DNA from: Leptolyngbyaceae cyanobacterium | Lineage (GTDB): Bacteria > Cyanobacteriota > Cyanobacteriia > Phormidesmidales > Phormidesmidaceae | DNA length: 24,000 nucleotides | Assembly (NCBI GenBank): GCA_050043365.1 | Contig: JBHJIP010000110.1 | Location: 10,012-34,011 of the forward strand | Direction of reading: 5' to 3' | Shown here: piece after piece, positions 17,779 through 24,000 of the stretch | How positions within the stretch are numbered: the first letter of the stretch is position 1 | How the letters are laid out: the number at the start of each line of letters is the position of its first letter | The notes under the pieces: model-generated | What the model was told of the DNA's origin: nothing | The model's database searches: none | What the model saw: the letters and a program-made list of their open reading frames with translations, nothing else | Position numbers and translations under genes: made by a program

Positions 17779-18291
17779 TTATCGTTTGGGTTTCCCTCCG
17801 GCCCACTGATCTCCAACGATTTTAGGTTGCACCAAAATGTGCCCGGCAATCGCGGTCAGGTCATCTTTGCTTAGGTCACGCATCTTAGGAAATAGATCCG
17901 TTCGTTGAGTCGAGGGATGGAATTTCGACAGGTCTTGTAAGCCGTCATAGGTCGTGGGATTTTCCAGATAATCGACGATGCTGGCAACAGTGTTGCGCGG
18001 CGGCGTTGCCAAGGCTAAACTTCCGGGGCTTAAATCAACGATAGGGTTGGTTTTAGTCACGCCATCTAAGTGGCACGAGGCACAGCTACCGTTAAATTTA
18101 CGTTGACCAATTGCTAACTGGTTGGTCGTCAAAGTTGTTTGTCTGCCTTCGGCATTTAAAGGAATAGTGCGGGTCACTTTATCGATAGAAGCCGCCATCG
18201 CGACGCCTGTCCAAAAGGTTATTGCAATCATTCCTGCGCAGAGTGGAAGAATAAAATATCTAGCCACTATTTTTTTCGAAGTATAAAGCAT
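17779..18291 (-). CDS. psbV: Cytochrome c550 PsbV
   Basis: Signal peptide then ..TVPLN-like TRTIPLNAEGRQTTLT..., CASCH haem motif, KTNPIVDLSPGSLALATPPRNTVASIVDYLENPTTYDG..., HPSTQRTDLFPKMRDLSKDDLTAIAGHILVQPKIVGDQWAGGK. Confidence 0.95.
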   Translation of the reverse strand: MLYTSKKIVARYFILPLCAGMIAITFWTGVAMAASIDKVTRTIPLNAEGRQTTLTTNQLAIGQRKFNGSCASCHLDGVTKTNPIVDLSPGSLALATPPRNTVASIVDYLENPTTYDGLQDLSKFHPSTQRTDLFPKMRDLSKDDLTAIAGHILVQPKIVGDQWAGGKPKR

Positions 18292-18572
18292 TTCTTCTCC
18301 TTAAAGCAGTTTATCAACAGCATAAAAATATCATAATTTATTGAGCTAAAAATCATTTGCATAGATTTTCTTGAAATTTGAATTTAGAATCTGTCAGCGC
18401 TGAATTTCTAAAGATTAAAAAAGCAAAAATTAAGACTAATAGACCTAAAGAGGTCGAGTCATTAACGGGTGGCGGAATGCTAAGCCGACTATCTATGAAA
18501 ACTACAGAATAAGGACCCGGTCGCTATCGGTCTATTCAAAGCCTGTAGGGAAGAGAGCTTTGCTCCGCCTGG

Positions 18573-18677
18573 GAGGCTGTTTAAAAAGGGGATTGGCTGA
18601 AGCCTTGATGCTACCGCTGCCTATTTTGGGTGATCCATGTAGCGAAACGAGATCCAGAGAACTTTTCAAATAGCCTC
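18573..18677. repeat. Small inverted-repeat-bounded element (possible second MITE/IS remnant)
   Basis: GAGGCTGTTTAAAAAG (18573-18588) and CTTTTCAAATAGCCTC (18662-18677, revcomp GAGGCTATTTGAAAAG): 14/16 inverted match. Confidence 0.5.
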
Positions 18678-18892
18678 TGAACTGATTGGCTCGTAGAGCT
18701 TTCAGCAGCTTATATGACTTGAGTCTTGCTGCGTTTAGCTATATTAGTGTGAATTTTTAAGCGAGTTCTGATGAATTCTGGGGGAATCAGCCCATTGTGC
18801 GGTGGCGGCGAAAAGGAAGCCAAGAAAACGCTTACACAGCTTAAAAAGCAACGATATCTGCTGATGCCTGTAACTTTTCCTAAAGTGAAAGG

Positions 18893-18918
18893 TGGCCTTC
18901 ATTAGTTCTTCATTTTTT
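18893..18918 (+). promoter_or_regulatory. Candidate far-red box upstream of chlF
   Basis: TGGCCTTCATTAGTTCTTCATTTTTT, ~190 bp upstream of the chlF start; near-identical to the minus-strand sequence of 15671-15697. Confidence 0.55.
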
Positions 18919-19109
18919 CTCTTTAGTCTTGCTTCATCAATTGAGAGAACACCATTACAGAAAGCCGTTAAAGCTTCTGGTCTAAATGGGGTTGTTTCGG
19001 TTGGGGACTCTTCATGATTTCCCATGCCAATAGGCAAGTTTTGTGCTGCTCTTTTGGAGCAGTATAAGCAGATTTTGGCATTCAAAAACGTGATTTTAGG
19101 AGCTTTAAG

Positions 19110-20321
19110 ATGACACAGTTTGGTAGAGCGATCGCCCTTGATCGTCCTGACCAACTAAAAGGCTTGCCCAACTCGAGCAGACCTTTAGATGAAGTTACGT
19201 CAGTTCCTTCCAGACCTGCTGACGAAACGTTGGCAACCCCCAAGGTTCATCCTTGGGAACGTTTTTGTCGTTGGGTGACGAGTACTGAAAACCGTATTTA
19301 TATCGGTTGGTTTGGGATCTTGATGATTCCCACCTTGTCGACTGCTGCGATTGTTTTTGTGCTGGCGTTTGTGCTAGCTCCGGCGGTGGATATTAACGGC
19401 ACTGGGCACCTAATGTCGGGGTCACTACTCGACGGCAATAACCTAATCACGGCGGCGGTTGTGCCGACTTCTCCGGCAGTGGGTCTACACTTTTATCCCC
19501 TTTGGGAAGCCGCGTCTCTTAATGAATGGTTGGTTAACGGCGGACCTTACCAACTCATCGTGCTGCACTTTTTGATTGGCATCATTGCCTACCAAGATCG
19601 GGAATGGGAGCTGAGCTACCGTCTGGGCATGCGTCCGTGGATCTCGCTGGCCTTCACCGCACCGGTTGCGGCGGCCTTTTCAGTGCTGCTGATTTACCCA
19701 ATCGGGCAAGGTGGTTTCTCCTCAGGCATGCCTTTGGGGATCTCTGGTACGTTCACGTTCATGTTGCAGTTTCAGGCCGATCACAATATCCTGGCCAACC
19801 CACTGCATCAGGTAGGGGTGATTGGCGTGTTTGGGGGGTCTCTGTTGTGTGCCGCCCACGGCTCTTTGGTGACCTCTGCCCTGCTTCGCCAGCCTGAGGG
19901 TGACAAGCTCACCTCGTTTCGCAAACCACGCTGGGCTAGGACGCCTATCCCCGCCTACAGCTTTGAGCACATTCAAGCCAATCAGCAAAAGGTGCTGTGG
20001 CCAGGGGCCAGCTTTCGGTCCTCGAGATCGCTGCACTTCTTTTTAGCGGCCTTTCCGGTAGCAGGCATTTGGTCTGCGGCTATGGGCATTGATATGGCAG
20101 CCTTTGGCTTCGATCAGGTGGGGAACAGTCCGGTGGGGTCGAGCTATGGCCAAAAAGCCGTTGTTCCTACTTGGGCCGACGTCGTCACTCAGGCCAATCA
20201 GGGAATTCGTGCCCTCGCTGTAGAAGAAACCACGACCTTTCCTGAGTCTTTAACTGTTGCTGACGCTCCAGAACTGCTCGTGCCGCTCTCATCGCGCCAG
20301 TCACCGGCCCCACCTTCATAG
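19110..20321 (+). CDS. chlF: Chlorophyll f synthase ChlF (PsbA4, super-rogue D1)
   Basis: 403-aa D1 paralog; N-terminal extension, QD motif ([14 protein letters not shown]), D170 lost (GGFSSGMP), E189 replaced (QFQADHNIL), and no [14 protein letters not shown]-terminus. Confidence 0.95.
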   Translation: MTQFGRAIALDRPDQLKGLPNSSRPLDEVTSVPSRPADETLATPKVHPWERFCRWVTSTENRIYIGWFGILMIPTLSTAAIVFVLAFVLAPAVDINGTGHLMSGSLLDGNNLITAAVVPTSPAVGLHFYPLWEAASLNEWLVNGGPYQLIVLHFLIGIIAYQDREWELSYRLGMRPWISLAFTAPVAAAFSVLLIYPIGQGGFSSGMPLGISGTFTFMLQFQADHNILANPLHQVGVIGVFGGSLLCAAHGSLVTSALLRQPEGDKLTSFRKPRWARTPIPAYSFEHIQANQQKVLWPGASFRSSRSLHFFLAAFPVAGIWSAAMGIDMAAFGFDQVGNSPVGSSYGQKAVVPTWADVVTQANQGIRALAVEETTTFPESLTVADAPELLVPLSSRQSPAPPS

Positions 20322-20441
20322 CGCTTCGCTATCGGGCCGTTTTTTCTTGACCGCCGTAATGCCTCGCCTGACGTCATTTACCTCTTGATTTGCGGGGCTG
20401 TCATTATCAACTTTTTTGTTTAGCAAATGTGGGAGGTTTTA

Positions 20442-22799
20442 ATGACCAAGAGTCCTCCAAAGCAGAGGCAACCGGTTCAGGTCAATGTCGATCAAAATCC
20501 GGTCCCTACCTCCTTTGAGAAGTGGGCCAAGCCGGGCCATTTTGATCGCACTCTGGCCCGAGGTCCCAAAACCACGACCTGGATTTGGAACCTCCATGCC
20601 GATGCCCATGACTTTGATAGCCATACCAGTGATTTAGAAGATGTTTCTCGCAAAATCTTCTCGGCTCACTTTGGACACCTGGCAATCATCTTTATCTGGC
20701 TGAGCGGCATGCATTTTCATGGCGCGAGATTTTCTAACTTTTCGGCTTGGATGGCCGACCCAACCAACATTAAGCCTAGTGCCCAAATCGTCTGGCCGCT
20801 CGTCGGTCAGGAGATTTTGAACGCCGATGTCGGTGGCGGCTTCCAGGGCATTCAAATTACCTCTGGCCTGTTTCAAATGTGGCGGGGACAAGGGTTCACC
20901 CATGAGTTCCAGCTTTTTTGGACGGCGATGGGTGCCTTGGTGATGGCCGCAATCATGCTGTTTGCGGGCTGGTTTCACTATCACATGAGAGCCCCCAAGC
21001 TAGAGTGGTTCCGCAATTGGGAATCGATGATGAACCATCACCTGGCTGGGCTGCTGGGGCTGGGCAGTTTGGGTTGGGCGGGTCACTTAATCCATGTGGC
21101 GGTGCCAACCAATCGGCTGATGGATGCAGGGGTATTGCCGCAAAACGTGCCGTTGCCCCACGAGTTTATTCTCGATAAGAGCCTGATGGTAGAGCTATTT
21201 CCCAGCTTTGCCCAGGGTGTGAAGCCGTTTTTCACCTTAAATTGGTCGGCCTATACCGATTTTCTCACCTTTAGGGGGGGGCTAAATCCGGTAACGGGCG
21301 GGCTGTGGATGACCGATATTGCCCACCACCACGTGGCGATCTCCGTCCTGTTTATCATTGCGGGTCATTTTTACCGCACCAACTGGTGCATTGGCCATAG
21401 TTTTCGCGAACTGTTGGATGATGCCCGCACGCCCAAGATGTTCCCCTTGTTCAATTTCATTGGGCCAGTGGGGCACCGGGGGCTCGACAAGATCTTTGAG
21501 ACGTCGTGGCACGCCAATCTCGCCATTCACCTGGTTCAATTTGGCACGGCCAGCCTGCTAGTGGCCCATCATATGTATGTGATGCCGCCCTATCCTTACC
21601 TGGCCACTGACTATGCCACGGTGACCTCGCTGTTTACCCACCATGTGTGGATTGCTGGATTCTGCATTGTCGGCGGGGCGGCCCATGCCGGGATCTTCCT
21701 AGTGCGGGACTATAACCCCGCTGATCACGTCAACAACGTGCTGGATCGGGTGCTGCGTCACCGCGACGCTATCATTTCTCACCTGGTTTGGGTCTGCCAG
21801 TTCTTAGGCTTCCACAGCTTTGCCATGTACTGTCACAACGACACCATGCGAGCCTTTGGTCGCCCGCAGGACATGTTTTCCGATACGGGGATTCAGCTCC
21901 AGCCGGTGTTTGCCCAGTGGATTCAGCACATCCACACCATAGCCATCAATAACCCAGCAGTGCAGGCGGCTCAGCCGTTAGGCGATGTGTTCGGCGGGGC
22001 GCGCAACATCGACTTGGTCGGCTTGGGGACAACAGTGCCCGGCATCATGAACCCCATCAGCCATGCCTTTGGCGGTGGAGTCGTGGCAGTCGGCGGCAAG
22101 GTGGCGATGATGCCCATCCAACTCGGGACTGCTGATTTCCTGATTCACCACATCCATGCCTTCACCATTCACGTGACGGTGTTGGTGCTGCTCAAGGGGG
22201 TGCTGTTCTCCCGCAATTCGCGCTTGATTCCTGACAAGGGTAAGTTGGGTTTTCGCTTCCCCTGCGATGGCCCCGGTCGCGGTGGCACCTGCCAAGTTTC
22301 CGCTTGGGATCATGTCTTTCTGGGGCTGTTCTGGATGTATAACTGCCTGTCGATTGTGATTTTCCACTTCTTTTGGAAGATGCAGTCAGACGTGTGGGGC
22401 ACGGTGAATGCCGACGGCACGATCTCCCATATCACCGCTGGCAATTTTGCCCAATCATCCATTACCAATAATGGCTGGCTGCGCGACTTTCTCTGGTCCC
22501 AGGCGTCGCAGGTGATTGGCTCCTACGGGTCGGCACTATCTGCCTATGGTCTGCTCTTCTTGGCAGGGCACTTCGTCTTTGGGTTCAGCTTGATGTTCTT
22601 GTTCAGTGGTCGCGGCTACTGGCAAGAGCTGATTGAGTCTATCGTGTGGGCCCACAACAAACTGCGAATCACGACGGTGATGCAACCCCGTGCGCTGAGT
22701 AGCACCCTAGGCCGCGCGGTGGGAGTAGCCCATTATCTCTTGGGCGGTATTGTCACTACCTGGGCCTTTTTCCTAGCCCGCATGGCGGCAGTGGGGTAG
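20442..22799 (+). CDS. psaA2: Photosystem I P700 apoprotein A1, FaRLiP paralog (PsaA2)
   Basis: Full-length PsaA; [66 protein letters not shown]; [38 protein letters not shown] favours ATG at 20442 over track start 20427. Confidence 0.93.
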   Translation: MTKSPPKQRQPVQVNVDQNPVPTSFEKWAKPGHFDRTLARGPKTTTWIWNLHADAHDFDSHTSDLEDVSRKIFSAHFGHLAIIFIWLSGMHFHGARFSNFSAWMADPTNIKPSAQIVWPLVGQEILNADVGGGFQGIQITSGLFQMWRGQGFTHEFQLFWTAMGALVMAAIMLFAGWFHYHMRAPKLEWFRNWESMMNHHLAGLLGLGSLGWAGHLIHVAVPTNRLMDAGVLPQNVPLPHEFILDKSLMVELFPSFAQGVKPFFTLNWSAYTDFLTFRGGLNPVTGGLWMTDIAHHHVAISVLFIIAGHFYRTNWCIGHSFRELLDDARTPKMFPLFNFIGPVGHRGLDKIFETSWHANLAIHLVQFGTASLLVAHHMYVMPPYPYLATDYATVTSLFTHHVWIAGFCIVGGAAHAGIFLVRDYNPADHVNNVLDRVLRHRDAIISHLVWVCQFLGFHSFAMYCHNDTMRAFGRPQDMFSDTGIQLQPVFAQWIQHIHTIAINNPAVQAAQPLGDVFGGARNIDLVGLGTTVPGIMNPISHAFGGGVVAVGGKVAMMPIQLGTADFLIHHIHAFTIHVTVLVLLKGVLFSRNSRLIPDKGKLGFRFPCDGPGRGGTCQVSAWDHVFLGLFWMYNCLSIVIFHFFWKMQSDVWGTVNADGTISHITAGNFAQSSITNNGWLRDFLWSQASQVIGSYGSALSAYGLLFLAGHFVFGFSLMFLFSGRGYWQELIESIVWAHNKLRITTVMQPRALSSTLGRAVGVAHYLLGGIVTTWAFFLARMAAVG

Positions 22800-22869
22800 C
22801 GGATACGGGCATGGCATCGCCATGCCTGCCCCCCCTGTTTGACATCTGTCTTTTAACCCAATTGCAATT

Positions 22870-23886
22870 ATGGCGACAAAATTTCCGAAATTTAGTCAGG
22901 ATTTGCAGCGAGATCCGACCACTCGCCGCATCTTTTATGCGATCGCCACAGCCCATGACTTTGAGAGTCACGATGGGATGACGGAGGAAAATCTGTATCA
23001 GCGGATTTTTGCCTCCCACTTTGGTCATCTCGCCATTATCTTTTTGTGGATATCTGGCATCTTGTTTCATGTGGCTTGGCAAGGCAACTTTGAACAGTGG
23101 ATTCAAGATCCGCTGAATACTAGACCCATTGCCCATGCCATTTGGGATGCCCAATTTGGCCCAGCGGTGATCGAAGCTTACACCCAAGCCGGAGCCCGGA
23201 ATCCGGTCGATATTTGCTACTCCGGGGTGTATCACTGGTGGTACACCATCGGTATGCGCACCAACACTGACTTGTTTGTGGGTTCGCTATTTTTGCTGCT
23301 GCTGGCCAGCGTCATGCTCTATGCCGGGTGGCTGCACCTGCAACCTAAGTTCCGGCCTAGTTTGGCCTGGTTCAAGAATGCTGAATCACGGCTGAACCAC
23401 CACCTGGCCGGTCTCTTTGGGGTCAGTGCCCTGGCGTGGACAGGGCACTTGGTGCATGTGGCGATTCCCGAATCGCGGGGGCAGCATGTCGGGTGGGATA
23501 ACTTCCTTGCTGTGCGTCCCCATCCAGAAGGACTGACGCCCTTCTTTACCGGCAACTGGGGGGCCTATGCCCAAAATCCCGATACGGTAGACCATCTCTT
23601 TAACACGAGTCAGGGGGCGGGCACCGCCATTCTCACCTTTTTGGGGGGCTTTCATCCCCAGACGGAATCCCTCTGGCTGACGGACATGGCCCATCACCAT
23701 CTGGCGATCGCCGTCATCTTTATTATTGCCGGTCACATGTACCGCACCGTTTTTGGCATTGGCCACAATATTAAAGAAATGACCGAAGCCCTCCAGGGTC
23801 CAGGTTCGAGTGGCTTTTTCATCGCTCCGAATACGGGACGCGGTCACAAAGGTATCTATGACACACGACTTGGCAAACTTCAGTGA
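22870..23886 (+). pseudogene. psaB2: Photosystem I P700 apoprotein A2 (PsaB2), 5' part only; coding breaks off after ...[10 protein letters not shown]
   Basis: [60 protein letters not shown]... through [11 protein letters not shown], then RLGKLQ*; canonical PsaB continues for ~400 more residues (YDTINNSLHFQLGLALA...). Confidence 0.88.
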
Positions 23887-23919
23887 GAGGAAAATAAATA
23901 AGGAGTTGAGTTGTGTATT

Positions 23920-24000
23920 TCAGATAGGCATCATCACCTCCACGACTTGCTCAACCGATTGGCCTTGCTCAAAGAGAGCATTAGCCAACTGCAACATTGC
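23920..24000 (-). CDS. C-terminus of an unidentified protein running off the window, inside the sequence that interrupts psaB2
   Basis: Minus-strand reading ...AMLQLANALFEQGQSVEQVVEVMMPI*; 27 codons open to the window edge; too short to identify. Confidence 0.3.
   Translation of the reverse strand, partial: AMLQLANALFEQGQSVEQVVEVMMPI

Noticed and set aside
18744-19154. 136-aa minus-strand ORF upstream of chlF
   Set aside because: Overlaps the chlF start and the candidate regulatory region; low-complexity composition and no family features. Its similarity to ORF 15614-15862 (ELMKAT/ELMKAI) is explained by the shared DNA box.
20318-20332. ATAGCG-ctt-CGCTAT hairpin at the end of chlF followed by a T-run
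   Set aside because: Stem is only 6 bp and separated from the T-run; psaA2 lies close downstream on the same strand, so a strong terminator is not supported.
1-24000. CRISPR arrays, rRNA operons, phage genes
   Set aside because: No regularly spaced repeats, rRNA-like sequence or phage structural/integrase genes were seen.

Overview
This window holds most of a cyanobacterial far-red light photoacclimation (FaRLiP) photosynthesis cluster. On the + strand are a far-red psbA (D1), chlF (the 'super-rogue' PsbA4), psaA2 and the 5' half of psaB2. On the - strand is one long run: ApcD-like / apcB-like / ApcD-like / apcE2 (VIPEDVT motif) / Cys-less ApcD-like / psbD / psbC / psbB / psbH / unannotated 48-aa TM ORF / ycf35-like. 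Between the phycobiliprotein block and chlF lies a set of PSII accessory genes: psbO, a solitary psbF (44 aa, missing from the ORF track) and psbV. Left of the cluster are a TIR-domain sensor-like protein, a DUF3493-like protein, a YccF-like protein and tRNA-Thr(CGU). The observations most worth follow-up are: (i) a ~26-bp near-identical box shared by the upstream regions of the apc/psb operon and chlF, with an inverted second copy at the operon; (ii) psbO, solo psbF and psbV inside the cluster; (iii) psaB2 breaking off after ~45% of the protein at a foreign junction; (iv) a ~127-bp MITE-like element in three copies, one supplying the psbO stop codon; (v) an unassigned 48-aa membrane peptide downstream of psbH; (vi) an ApcD paralog lacking the bilin-attachment Cys. 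All family calls come from reading the sequences against remembered family motifs; no database search was run.
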